Program-made: the position numbers and the translations under genes
In this document: positions 27,205-40,730 of the stretch, in pieces
Position numbering within the stretch: the stretch's first letter is position 1
How the letters are laid out: every line of letters starts with the position of its first letter
Origin: Octopus bimaculoides
Taxonomy: Eukaryota
Direction: 5' to 3'
NCBI RefSeq assembly: GCF_001194135.2
Contig: NC_068983.1
Coordinates: 114,350,388-114,414,387 of the forward strand
Length of the DNA: 64,000 nucleotides
Notes under the pieces: generated by a model
Databases searched by the model: none
What the model saw: only the letters and a program-made list of their open reading frames with translations
What the model was told of the DNA's origin: nothing

Positions 27205-29682
27205 GGCTAGACAACAGAAAGTGATTAAGAGAGCAGCTAGTATTCTAAAATTCTATAAAAGCTCACAAAGGTTGTCATTTGTCATCCCTTTTCTATGAAA
27301 TTTTCGACAAATATCGTTCTGAATGTGTAGATTACGATTATATTGGAATTTAATATGGAAAAAGTAAAAAAACATCGAGGGCTTGCATGCATACATACAT
27401 ACATACATACCGACCGACCGACACACGGCACAATTTTTTTCGAAATTTTAAGTTTCAGTATGTAATGTGTGTCAGTATGTGTACGATACCACCACTTCTT
27501 TTTTTTTCTTTTTTTAATTAAATTCGGTATAACCGTAATATACACCATCTGAAAGAATTAGAAAATTTCATTAAAAAATACCCATTTTCCTGAAAGTTAC
27601 GAGGAAACAAAGCTGACTCGAGTGAATTTCACAGAACTCCTCTCTCCACCACAAATTCCGATATAATCGTAATCAACACCAACTGGAGCATATTTCTAGA
27701 AAATTTCATTAAAAAATATCTATATTTTTCTGAAAGTTATGAGGAAATAAAATTGGGTAGGTATGCCTGTATTGTTTCTTTCTTTGAGAGACTAGTGTTA
27801 TTTGAGGGAGATTTGTGCGCCTATTTCCTTTAAATCTGCTAGACCAAAATAAGACATGTTCATCGAGACTGGTGAAACAAACAATCTTAACTAACTATTA
27901 TTATGGTCATCAGAAGCATCTATATGGTAAAGATAATGTTCTTCGAAATATGTGCAGGCAAATTTAGCGATGAGATATTTGGCTTCAGAACAAGGCTTAA
28001 GGAAGTAAATAGAAATCCAGTCCGTGTCAGTTCTGCTTAGCTAACCACACACAGAACAATAAACATCGTAAATGAATGTTTAACAGGGGATGATGCTTAA
28101 AACCTGAAACAGCAACTAACGATAACGATTCAGCATTCAGTAACCATTACATTGGCTTCCAATAGGTGTAGATCAGACTGTTTGCAGAGTTAAAAATAAA
28201 TTACAAGGCAATCAAAAGTAAAATCTAAATTAAAAAATAAAAATATTCCTTGACACTAATTCTATTAACTAATAACTAAAGTGTTAAGTTTTGACAATGT
28301 AGGAACAGTATGCGCAGGTATTATTGCACAAACTATTATATTTGTTTTTGTAAACTCCTTCAGAATGATGGGAATCCACTGAAAAGGGGGAAAAAGATCT
28401 AGAAACAAACTCCAGGCCCTGATTTGGCTGAGAGTCAAACAGTTTCTCTAAACCGCCTGTTATTTTTTTTAGTTATTGTTGTTTTCGGTTGTTATTTATG
28501 TCCTTTACACATTTGTTTTTCTTTGTTCCTCTTCCCCACCGAAATATAATGTTAAACCTGTTTCTAATTTAAAAAAGAAAACACCTACAGGATTTTCTTT
28601 CTGTAGTTGAGTTTTATCTGTTTGCTATCCGGTCATAAGCAACAGGCAGTCTCTGTTGACACTTAGCTTACAGACATTTGCCTGGTTTCGCTGTGCTCCC
28701 CCGCGAAACTTCTCTACCGGATATATCGGAGGGAGAGGGGGGGGAGTTGGTTTAGTAAACAGTACTTGAATGTAAGTTTTACAGGTGACCCTGTTTACAT
28801 TCATATGTGCACGCACGCAAGCACACACATACACGTATATAAACACATAGAGAAAGAAAGAGAGAGAGACATACACACACAACCTCAGCCGTAGCAGAGC
28901 AGCAGTGGTGGAGATTAGTGATTAGGATTTGAGGTGGGGGACCGGAGATTGCTTCACACATGAAGCAGACTGAATAAAGATTTATAGGAGACAAAAGAAG
29001 GGTGAGGGAGAGACTGGGACAGTGAAATGAAAACAAAATAAAAAGATATTAACAACAGCCCACCACTAATTAAGTGGCTCCATTATTACTAAGGCGTTTT
29101 TTCCATATATGTATATNNNNNNNNNNNNNNNNNNNNNNNNNNNNNNNNNNNNNNNNNNNNNNNNNNNNNNNNNNNNNNNNNNNNNNNNNNNNNNNNNNNN
29201 NNNNNNNNNNNNNNNNNNNNNNNNNNNNNNNNNNNNNNNNNNNNNNNNNNNNNNNNNNNNNNNNNNNNNNNNNNNNNNNNNNNNNNNNNNNNNNNNNNNN
29301 NNNNNNNNNNNNNNNNNNNNNNNNNNNNNNNNNNNNNNNNNNNNNNNNNNNNNNNNNNNNNNNNNNNNNNNNNNNNNNNNNNNNNNNNNNNNNNNNNNNN
29401 NNNNNNNNNNNNNNNNNNNNNNNNNNNNNNNNNNNNNNNNNNNNNNNNNNNNNNNNNNNNNNNNNNNNNNNNNNNNNNNNNNNNNNNNNNNNNNNNNNNN
29501 NNNNNNNNNNNNNNNNNNNNNNNNNNNNNNNNNNNNNNNNNNNNNNNNNNNNNNNNNNNNNNNNNNNNNNNNNNNNNNNNNNNNNNNNNNNNNNNNNNNN
29601 NNNNNNNNNNNNNNNNNNNNNNNNNNNNNNNNNNNNNNNNNNNNNNNNNNNNNNNNNNNNNNNNNNNNNNNNNNNNNNNNNN

Positions 29683-29714
<32 letters not shown>

Positions 29715-30820
29715 CTTATGCTGCCATAAACAAAAATGTTTTAGCCCCTACCAAAATAGAAAACAGTAAATTTCCACTCGCATTTATTATCACTAAGTTT
29801 AAATATAGATTGCTTTAAATTGGACTTGATTTTGCATCATATCAGTGGCAGAGATTAGTTTGATGTGGAAGCAAGCCTGGAACCAAAGCTTTCACGTAAT
29901 ATGTATGTATATGTATGCACGTCTGCGTGTGTCCGTCATTACCAGTATATGTGTGCATACATTACAACTTACTTAACTGTCTAAACAGTCTACAGTAGCT
30001 GCTAGCAGTAAGTGAAGAGTGCGATGTGTTAGTGATGGTGGGTGAACACTAATTTTATTTTTATTTCATTTATTTATTTATTTTTCGAGTAGTGGTGATG
30101 GTGCACTGGTTTGATGGTGGTGGGGCTCATAAACTTTGAAGTGTATTTGATAAAGTCCACAGTTGTGCAAGTACACTAGTAGTTAAAATGATTATAGAGG
30201 TAAATGGCTTATCACGACTGTCCCCATCGCCACCACTAGTGCATGTATGTCACTAAATATTGAAGTGAAATAGAAGAAATCAAAAGACGGTAAACAAAAT
30301 CAGGCTAAAATGTCAAAACCATTGCGGCAATAAACAATTTTTAAAAGACGTACAAGAAGATTACATTGCACCATATCATCCGACCTTGGTCGGTATCAGT
30401 TCTGAGGACTAGAAAGTTTGCATTTATGAGTACATGCTTGTAACAAACATTTTCAAGATTTGAAATAAAAACACTCAAGTAGAGATTAAGATATTAATTC
30501 AATCATACCAATGAAAGTAATGTAAGTGAATGTACAAGTTACTGGAGTACAAAATATCTTTGGTTAGAGGGAAATCAGCCTAGCCTACGGTAGGACTTCT
30601 CAAACTTTTTCTTCCAGTGTATTCACTTATCATATCCAACCGTGTTATCATACATATGCCTTGTGAAGAATATATAGTAAAACGTCTTAATACTATAAAA
30701 TTATACAAAGGGTTTACTATCTAAATAGATAGATGTACAATTTCTCATAAATTATTATATTTGGAAGTCAAGACTTCCAATCAGTAATTTTATAATACTC
30801 TTTACTAAATCTGACGATGC
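26980..30820. promoter_or_regulatory. Intronic CpG-retaining island (candidate enhancer or internal promoter)
   Basis: About 11 CpGs in 28601-29000 versus about 1 in 22001-23000 (hand count). Mostly unique sequence with G-rich and GA-rich segments. Confidence 0.55.
27270..27755. mobile_element. Unclassified non-autonomous DNA element with direct and inverted subrepeats
   Basis: A 27-bp motif is inverted between 27325-27351 and 27653-27679 (25/27), with a third copy at 27520. A ~52-bp direct repeat lies at 27560 and 27698. Internal (CATA)n(CCGA)n tract. Confidence 0.55.
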
Positions 30821-33454
30821 ACTATTGAAAAGTAGTGGTTTGTAATAGCTTTAAAGTTTCAAAGTTTTTACAAATTTCATATATTCTTAGAGTTTTTGTT
30901 GCATATCTAGGGTTAAGAATCCCTGTCCTGTAGTATTTAAATCCAGATAGCCATTCTTCTAAGATTTTTCTACATGCAATTAGTAGTTATTTGAATGGCA
31001 GTCAAGTACATTGATAGAGTGACTGTTGCTTGGATAGGAACATTACACAAATATCTATAAAAACTTGTTTCCTGACAAGCAATCACTGTTGAAATTGTAA
31101 ACTAGTTTTGAACAGAATTTTAGGCCAGTTATTCCAGCATGCTACTAAGAACCAAATGCTGGTACAATTTATTTTCAGATTAGTAAGTTGTTTCCTAGCA
31201 AGGCAGTATACTCTCAAGAGAAGCGTATACCATCTATCTTCAGGAATATTATAGTACTAATTCTATCATTTTTTTTTTTTTTCAGTTGAATATTTAAGGT
31301 TGAAGTCATTCAGCCTTATAGTTTAATTCAGCACTAAAACACCCAATAGGTAAAATGAAAATGTTCTTTTTTTATCATTATTATTACTTTTTTTAAAAAA
31401 AAGATAGCTAAGAGCTAACTGTTGGATGTTGGTCTCCTAAGTTTGACTTACTTGAGGATAATTAAAACTAAAACCTGTAAAGTAGAATATGGTGTGAAGC
31501 AGCTTTGTTTGGCATATCATTTTAGAAAAGAATTAAGAAAAACTTATATGTTAGAATACATTTTATGAATAAAGAAACAAGTTATCATATAAATATATAA
31601 ATAACATATTCTTCAAATATTTAAGATATATCAATGAGCATTATATATTATTGTTGGCAGATATTTCAAAGTTTAAATGCAATTTGGAGAAATAGAATTT
31701 GCTAACACATTTGTTAGTATTCTTATTTTTAAAAACGAAATGGGAAATGGAAAACAGTCAACTATGCTGGTTAATATCATCATTTGTTATATCTGAACTA
31801 ATATCTAAGTCTTGGAATTATTCAAAAGGTAACTATGGATAGTGTGGCTCTATAATACTTTGGAACTTGTTTACATTAAAATCTAGCATAATGGCAGCTG
31901 AACAGAGCTGAAAAGGTGGCAGTAGACAGTGTGGCACTCTGTTAACATACATTAGTATCTAAGTCAAGGTCAGTTGACCAAGGTGAAAAGTTAACAGTAG
32001 ACAGCATAGTTGAGTGGTAACTGTTTATATTAAAAACTATGTCAATAGCACTTGAATCAGGTGAGAAGGAGATTACAGACATTATTTCACTGTTATAACT
32101 ATTTACAACATTCATTTTAATATTAGAACAAGAGCTGTGTTAATTACCTTAGACAATAAATTCTAATTTATAAAAGTGTGTGTGTAAAATTGAAGTCATA
32201 CATTCAGAGGAAACTTCATGGAAATTTGACAGTCTATCTTTTATTGAATTTTATATATATAGGGAAGAAGAAAAAGCTTTGAACCTAAGTAAACTAACAT
32301 AAACTAAAGAGTTAAGTTACCATGAAAGAAAAATTGAAAGGAAGAAATCGTAGATATAACCAGAAATTAGATGAATATTTTTCAGTAATGAAAAGCATCT
32401 TTGAGACAAGGGAGATAGGAGTTTTACAAAGGCAATGAGGCCATTTGTTTTTTTTTTATTTGAAAACATTTTAAAGATTAAAATAAAATTGTTTGCTCAA
32501 AAACTATATCCCTAAAGGTCAGAAGTTATTGAACAGTAGTTATTGACCATTTGTGAGATACATTATGCATTGGACACTGGACAATAGCTCATATATTAGG
32601 GACAAAGGAGTTGTTATACTCACAAACATTACAGATTGACTTACATCTGATAAAGTTTTTCCCACAAAAACATTAGAACCCATTTACGCACCAATGTATT
32701 TTCCTTTCTTACAACACTTTGTGTTCTTTTGAATAGGCAAAATTGTGTCACCTTACACCAAATTCTACCTAATACTCTGTCTCTTGGTTCCTAGTCTACA
32801 CCTACCCAAGAAAAAAAACCATACCTTTCACTCAAATCTTTTCTCCTAGAACTTCAGTCCTCAGTATTCTCTCTTTCTTTCTTACATATTACATACATAC
32901 ATTCATATTAACAGCAACAACCAGTGGGAAATTCAAGCTGAACATCAATTCCATGAATCTCATCAAGCAGGCAGAGATGTCAGTAAAGCTATAAGTTCTA
33001 CTTCTTCATGACTAGATACAAGGAGAAACCACAATAACAAACACATAACAGTACTAAAATAGTATTAAAATAAAAATGACAGATAGTATAAGTTATGATG
33101 GTTTTGTAAGTTTCGGACTACTAATTTACGTTTTCTGGTATAAACTTCAGATGTCAGATGAGAAATGGACATATTTGAAAATTTTCCTTTCATTTTTAGA
33201 TCACTGATGAACTCCAACAACAATGGCTTTATTTACAGGCACTTACTTCAACCTAAAAGCTCTGCTACCCAACCCTCACTAAACTTCCACTAAACTTCAG
33301 ATCACAGTTTTAACATGCTTTGGGTCATTATTTCTAAATGATTTCCTTTACCAAAATGCTAAATTCTTCTTGAGGACTGTAGCCATAAAATCCAATCTCA
33401 AGTATCAATACAAATATCCTTGTGAGTCTTGCAGTTCAATTCTTGGCACAAAAC

Positions 33455-34022
33455 ATGATTCAATGTAGAGATCAAAAAGAGAGAACCTCAACAAACTAGA
33501 AATAACAGATAAACCCCACTCAAATCATACTATACCATTTTAAAAGATAAAAAAAAACATGTTGGACAATGTAGTATTGGATTAGATATGCTGAATGCAA
33601 AAGAATAAGTAAATGAAAAGACTGGGTGATCATGATTGGAAAATCTTTGATTGTTGTAGAAGGTCAGGTTAGTTGAAGCCAAGCTGGAGCTAAACAATAG
33701 TAGCAACATGACTAAACTAGTTTCAGCAAATCAGGTGATATGATAAAAAATATTACTTGCACTTTAAAGTCAAGCAAACAATGTCAAGAAGAGCAACCAA
33801 ATCTAAGCATGTTAGAAATAGCAGCTAAATTTTCTTTGAATCACACCCTAAAATCAATCTTAATCGTAACAAAGGAAGGAAATATTGGGTCATGCAGTCC
33901 TACCTACTCTTGACCTTTCAAAACAAAGGAAACAGAAAATAGACAAGATAAGCAATGGCTGAATAGCCTTTGAGTAATAGACCAGTTCAATTAGAGCTTA
34001 TCTGGGGTTAATCAACAACAAT
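33455..34022 (+). mobile_element. Two adjacent diverged copies of a dispersed repeat (family D) ending GG(A/G)G(C/T)TAA..(AAC)n
   Basis: AGAAATA(G/A)CAG...CAAATCA(C/T)AC...GGA(C/T)AATGTAGT-like blocks recur at about 33455-33712, 33790-34022 and 48855-49060. Confidence 0.55.
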
Positions 34023-34041
34023 TTCAATTCATTGTATGTGT

Positions 34042-34256
34042 TAAGGTGGCAAGCTGGTAGAATCATTAGCACACCAGAAGAAATGCTTAGTGACATTTTG
34101 TTTGCCTTTTATGTTTTGAGTTCAAATTCTGCTGACTTGCTTTTCATCCTTTTGGGGTCAATAAAATAAAGCAACAGTTGAGCACCAAATAAAGCAACAG
34201 TTGACCCATCGCCTCCATCGAAATTGCTGGCATGGTACCAAAATTTGAAACCAATT
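34042..34256 (+). mobile_element. SINE family A (GAAACCAAT-tail variant)
   Basis: Head AAGGTGGCAAGCTGGTAGAATCATTAGC, B box, an internal duplication AAATAAAGCAACAGTTGA, and tail CCAAAATTTGAAACCAAT. Confidence 0.85.
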
Positions 34257-34810
34257 TGTTATATGTGTTTGAACCTGCCAACATTAGAAAAAAATTGTAA
34301 GAAACTTAAAGCGCACGCACACACACACATATGTATATATTTATATANNNNNNNNNNCATATGTCCTATTAAAGTATTAAAGAGTTAAGATAACAGATGC
34401 AATCTAGTTTAGTGTTTAGCCTGCTTCTTCTAGTTGCTGGAAGAATGAAGGAACCTCTAGTTTTACAACTTTCAGGTTGCCTGTCTACTTTTCTTTCTTA
34501 AGGTGAGTCTATTTATTTAGGTTAGGTTATTATGGTTGGTAGTATATCAGTAGTGAAGATCTGGGTGTAAGATTTCACAGGTGAAATATCAACTGGTTAA
34601 CTTAAACAGCCACACAAGATTTACTGATGATAATAAATACAGCAAACATACTAGCATGGGAAAACTTTATTTTACTGTTTGTTTCTTTCTTGTTTTTTTT
34701 TTAAATTTATTTTTTCCTCTTTTGGAACTCTTGTAATTTTAATATATACATTTCTGATTTCGATGTTTGGCAGAAAAGAGTATAATAATGCACACATTCA
34801 CATATGTATA

Positions 34811-34841
<31 letters not shown>

Positions 34842-34861
34842 TACATCACCGTTGCAATTTC

Positions 34862-35015
34862 TACTTTCCTATGATTGCATGGGTCAGATAAAATTCATTG
34901 AATTGGTCGGATGCTCTTCCTGTCACCAACCCTCACCTGTTTCAGAGCAAAATAATAATCCTCCAGTCTTTCAAACATGTATATCACAACGCCCAAGCAT
35001 GATTTTATGGAAGAT
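34862..35015 (-). mobile_element. RTE-like 3' module of SINE B (fragment)
   Basis: Reverse complement GGTTGGTGACAGGAAGAGCATCC...GACCCATGCAATCATAGG matches the tails of 38578-38934 and 45863-46321. Confidence 0.7.
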
Positions 35016-35017
35016 TA

Positions 35018-35341
35018 GTGGCATGTAAAAAGCACCATTCGAGTGTGGTCATTGCCAGTGCTGCCTGACTGGCTCCTGTGCCAGTGGCAAGTAAAATGCA
35101 CCATTCAAGTATGGCTGATGCCAGTACCGCTTGACTGACCCTCATGCCAGTGGCACGTAAAAAGCACCAAGTACACTCTCAGAGTGGTTGATGTTAGGAA
35201 GGGCATGTAGCTGTAGAAACTTTGCCAGATCAAACTGGAGCCTTGCGCAACCTTCTGGCTTGCCAGCACTGTCAAACTGTCCAGCCCATGCCAGCATGAA
35301 AAGCAGACGTTAAACGACGATGACAACGATGATGATGATGA

Positions 35342-35344
<3 letters not shown>
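35018..35344 (+). mobile_element. RTE-type 3' end fragment with three 66-bp tandem units and an (ATG)n tail
   Basis: GTGGCA(T/A/C)GTAAAA(A/T)GCACC at 35018, 35084 and 35150; tail GACGTTAAACGACGATGAC..GATGATG; followed by (TA)n to 35403. Confidence 0.88.
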
Positions 35345-35406
<62 letters not shown>

Positions 35407-37344
35407 TATAGGCTTGTTCTATCAATGTGTAAAACTATCAGCTCTTGAGCAACTATACAACCAGTTAATATACACACAACACACACAAATGTTACAGTGC
35501 CAGTGAAGAAGCTTGGGGGTCAACATTATCAATAGTTGCTTTGAAAATGTCAGCTAAACATCACTTTCCTGCGAGTCATAATACTATATAAAATAAAAAC
35601 ACAATATACAAAGCAATAATAATCCAAGAGACAAAAATTGACAGAAACATGAAGTGTATACATAACCATAAAAATAAAGAAAATTGGTGGAATGTCCTAG
35701 CTTAGGATAAGATACAAGTATAACAGAAGTCATTGTTCTTTTAGTCAGAGTAAAATATCTGCAGTGTTGTAACAAGTTCAGTAGGCATAAACATGACATA
35801 GAAAAGTGAATGAAAAAGAGAATGTCTCCAGACAACTAAAAGGAAACTTCAAACTTTCTTGCTCAGATTATAGGTTTTACAGATGTAACAGTCTTTGAGG
35901 CCACTTCAGTTATGGTGACAAAAAGACTCCAAACTAATATTGAAAAGTTGTCTATCATAGAGGCAGAACTGTCAATTAATTTGTAATTACTAGTCTAATC
36001 TTTGTAAAAAAAAAAAAGAAAAAAAAAGCACCTTATTTTTTTATCTATCTTAGAAGTTTCCCATACAGAGATTGGCTCAAATCTTATTACAAAAACAAAT
36101 TAGAAATGAATATTAAATAGATACCAAATACTTGTGCATTTTCACATATTGATAGCCATAGTCATTAATGAATTAATTTACATAAAATATTCTTGTTAAC
36201 TTGGAGAACAAAGAGTGAAAAAGAAAGAAAACAGATTGACCTCCATAATTCAAAGGTGTAACTCTGTAACACTTTTCAAATTCTCCCATCAATAGTGACA
36301 CTACTAACAAGAGCTAAGGTAGCAAAAGTATGCAGCTAATAATCTAAATAGCCTTTGAGTCCTGCCTCATATCATTCAGGTAACACTTACTGAAATAAGC
36401 CCTTACATGCACATACATGTACAAATAGTAAAATAATTATGTCTGGAGGGTACAAGTAAAATAAATTACATCCAGAAGCTTGAAGAATGCTCATTAAACA
36501 GAAATACATGCAGTAGCCTTAAGAAAGCTCAAGTAATTTATCTGAATACATACATGGAAAGCTAATTATTAGCAAAGCATTTGCAGAGAAGTGATGTGAA
36601 ACTTAAATAAATACAAAAGGGAGCAGGTTTTTTTTTTCTGGACCCATTATAGCTATATCATATCTCCCTTTGACAGATCTAATAAGTGAAAACAGTTAAT
36701 GTGGTTCTATGACTGGGAATGCAAATACCACTACTGACAGCTACCAAATAACTTCAGCTATCTTGAATTGCAGAGAAGCACCTATAGATCAATGTTTCAT
36801 CATAATTGCTAGGGACAAACTAAATAACTAAAGGAAATATCCTGTCAGTCTATACATATCAAAAGTTTTTTTCTTTTAAATAAGGCTATAAGTCTATAAT
36901 CATTGATGCACTGAGGCGAGGCTATGAGTCAAAAAGGGACAGAAAAGATAATTCACCCTTCAGATTCAATCCTCCAGTGGAAGTGATAGATCTAAGGTAC
37001 GGCATAATCTAAAATGTTTTAAACAACCAGATTGATATCAATAAACAACACATAAATTTGAACCAATTTCAACTTTCAGTATCCTTCTAAATCATAGTCT
37101 TTTTTTTTCTTTTTAAGAATACATAAGAGTTACAGCAGAAATCTATCACTTATTTGTGTTAGTAATGAAGCTACAAATAACTCCCCTACTGTCATGACTA
37201 AGAAGTACCATCAATTTAAACACATTTAGAATTCGACTATCCATTATTGTTACATAAAAATACAAAAGTACTACACGTTTTTTTTTGTTTTTTTTTTACT
37301 TAAATTACAATTTTTATTCTTAAAGGCTGTTGTAGAACATTTAG

Positions 37345-37565
37345 CCCTTTTGATACCAGCCTGCCTTAGCAGTCCTTGGCTCTCTGACACAAATTTAGGG
37401 CTTTAAAGTAAACTAAATTAAAATTTACCTTTAAAATTCCATTTTAAATTATATCCCAAACACCAATATATTAATGACTAAGTTATTTTTACTAAATCTT
37501 TATTATTTTCAAAATTAATTGAAACAAAAGCAATGTATTTCAATAGAAATATCTTAATGAAAGGG
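37345..37565. mobile_element. piggyBac-type MITE (decayed)
   Basis: Termini TTAG|CCCTTTTGATACC ... TAATGAAAGGG|TTAT, consistent with degenerate TTAA|CCC...GGG|TTAA. Confidence 0.6.
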
Positions 37566-38577
37566 TTATACAGGCTCATGGTTTTGAACATCAGATAAAA
37601 ATAAATATCTGATTACCTTATACTAAAAATTAAAAAAATTAAATAAAACACAAAAAGCTAAGCCACCAATCATAAATACATTAGACATAATTTCCAATAA
37701 TAATTTGGCAATACAGGATACATGGTACAATATTCTGAGGTATTATGGATAAGAATGACAGACCAAGTATCACACAGCAATATTTTACTCTCAGTTTAAG
37801 CTATACTTCATAATCACTTTTCCTAATTTCATTAAAAATAATTGTTAGTTGTATAATGACTACTATTGGGATTAGTTCCATTTCACTAGCATGGGAGAAG
37901 GAATAAAACAAAAGCAAATATTTTATGAATGAAATGCTCAACAGTCTCTAAAATGGTACTAAATAGAGTAACACAGAAGGAGTGGAGTATCTTTGTAAAT
38001 GATTGAAAGTTAGGCAACTAAAAATAGGTCTATGAATGTCAATGGATCAACATAGAAAAGAAACCAATTCTTGTAGAAGTGAACAAGTATTTACCATGAA
38101 TCAATAAAATTAACTAAAATCCTTGATGATGATGCTCTGGTACAGCTGTAGTCAAATGACTGCAAGTAAGGAAAGAGTGAAAGTGTAATAATCTAACTCT
38201 TCTAAGCCTCAGTTAAAATAAAAATTATTGAATCAAACACCATGACTCAGTAAAACTAAAAAATATATATATATTTCCTATCAATTTCACATGACAAAAT
38301 AGAACTAACCCTTCATCTTTTACCTATCACCTACAAGAAATCAAATGCCAGCATTCTATTTTACAGAAACAGCGTGTCTCTACCAGTTTCTTCAAGCATC
38401 TCTAGTTCACATCCAGTGCATTATCACCGTCTTCCATACCTGCCACATATTTTACCAACTTTCACATACAAAATATAAACTCTGAGCCACTCTTGCTGAA
38501 AACTGGCCCTCAAATTTTCACTGTTCTCACACTTAATAGTTTGATTACTTCTTGTACTGAAATTTGAACAATCATGG

Positions 38578-38934
38578 CACAGGTATGACTGTGTAAAGAA
38601 GTTTGCTTCCCAACCATGTGATTTTGAGTTCAGCCCCAGTGACATCTTAGGTAAGTGTCTTTTATTAAAGCCCAGGGTTGAGCAAAGCCTTGCGATTAGA
38701 TTTGGTAGAGTGAGCCTCCACATGTTGACATTGTGTGATAGTTGTAAATGAGAGTCAAAGTCATACAAAGAGTGTCATTCACATTCAATCTTCAATGTAA
38801 AACGTCTGGTCATGGGAAAATACTACCTTGCTGAGAAACAGATGAAGGCTGGCAACAGGAAAGGCATCCAGCCATAGAAAATCTGTCTGACCAATGCAAG
38901 CATAGAAAAATGGACAACAAAATGATGATGATGA
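38578..38934 (+). mobile_element. SINE B head with RTE-like 3' tail
   Basis: Head AAGAAGTTTGCTTCCCAACCATGTG..GAGTTCAGCCCC; tail GGCTGGCAACAGGAAAGGCATCCAGCCATAGAAA...GGACAACAAAATGATGATGATGA. Confidence 0.85.
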
Positions 38935-40330
38935 CTTTCTATGAAGCAAGATAGATGGTCACTGATATAATCAGAAGTTTCAGTGACCACACCGAATTTC
39001 TCATCCTATTCACAGAATTAACAGCAACAACAGAAGCATGAAATAGTCGAACCTGCACCAAATTCATGTGGCCAATTATTTAACTAAGTACCCTTTATAT
39101 ATGTACCTCCCTCCTTCAGAAGATCTGGAATGCTGGTAATCATTAAAAACACTAACATGCAAATGTATTTATTTCAAGAAAGAGTTATACATGCTAGAAT
39201 GCCTTGTGGTCTTTTTACATATCTCTGCCCTTTAGGTTGAAGTCCTACCAAGGTCAGCTTTATCTGTCATTCTTTCAAGGCCAATGGAAAAGTACCAAAC
39301 TTGGGCGATAGAGTGGTGGAAATGTATGAACACTGGACTAGTATTTATTCAGTATTTGTTCTAGTTCTTTATGTCCTGATTTTCAAATTCCATGGTTTAC
39401 ATGATGATAGACTTAATCTATAGCTTGGTCTAACACCAGTGGAGACTCCCTCTGTTGCAAGCACTACAGTCAGGCCTCTGCTTTGAGGATATTTTCAACC
39501 CCCCCCCCTCTCACCAATCTCAGAGGCCATGAGCACTATCTTCCACCATGACTATAAGATAAAAAAATAATACCACTAAGTAAGAGCCACAACTTTAGTG
39601 AACATGCTTCTATAATTTGCCAAAACTGCATCAAATAAACTTGCCCTTCTCTTTAAAATACAGAAATATCTCAACCACAACCAGATGTTTCCCCAAGTAT
39701 GCTCTCCTATACAGCTGACACACTTTCTTCTGAGTACTAGTATACCAGACTTTCTAACATATAAACTCTCTTACTGAAAAATCTTCACTTCCTGGCTCAT
39801 CATCAAAATTAGCCTTCTTCTTTCGATTTATATTTTTATCAGTTAACTTAGTTGTCCTATCACAAGAATGAACTCTACACTATTCACAAAGTGATGCAAA
39901 CTGCAGCAATATTTTCACCATAAGCACCATCATATTAACTTTTGCAGCTATCTATTTTTCCCAAAATACCTCAATACATTGCTGCCTCATGGCATTCACT
40001 TCACTTTGACCAGCAAGTTCTTAAAGTACATAATCACAGACTGATTATGCATCACATTATGTTAACTCAATGCCTTTCTTTCAGTTCTGATGGTGTGGGA
40101 TGGTGGTATTCATGAAACATGATATAAAACAATATAAAAAAAAGAAGCTTAACATTCTGTCTTGAATAAAACTATGGTTATAGCACATTTTCTGTACTTT
40201 ATAACCATATTACAATATATACTATACACAGTAAGTTTGCACACATACTACATTAGAGTACACAGTGTATATCCAGAATTCACACCAAAGTAACCATGGT
40301 CCAGTGTGTATGTGTGTGTGTAATTATAGT

Positions 40331-40730
40331 CACTATTGTTTTATGGCCACTTTTCCATGCTTGCTTGGGTCAGAAGCAATTTGTTAAGGCAGATTTTCAA
40401 CAACAGGATGCTCTTACTGTTGCAAATTCTCATCTGTTTCCAAGCAAAATATTTTTTCCTCATACCTGCACATGTTTCCACAGAACTTTGCAATTGAACA
40501 ATACCACTTGTATTACAGTGACACTTGTTTCAAATTATCATGTAATATCAAGATAGACACACCTATTATATATTTTTAGAGTGGGCTTCTTTTAATTTCT
40601 GTGACCAAATCCACTGACAAGGCTTTGGTCAGCTTGAGACTATAGCAGAAGACATTTGCCCAAGATGCCACACTGTGGGACTGAACCCAAACCACGTGGT
40701 TAGAAAGCAAATTTCTGAACCACACAGCCC
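40331..40730 (-). mobile_element. SINE B head with RTE-like tail
   Basis: Reverse complement carries the family head (GCTGTGTGGTTCAGAAATTTGCTTTCTAACCACGTGG) and a GCAAGCATGGAAAAGTGGCC tail. Confidence 0.85.

Noticed and set aside
35018-35170. Regularly spaced 66-bp repeats reminiscent of CRISPR
   Set aside because: The whole unit is repeated with no unique spacers, it is part of a retroelement tail, the context is eukaryotic, and there are no cas genes.
39420-40100. Possible additional decayed LINE ORF
   Set aside because: Only vague motif resemblance; I could not recover a diagnostic motif.
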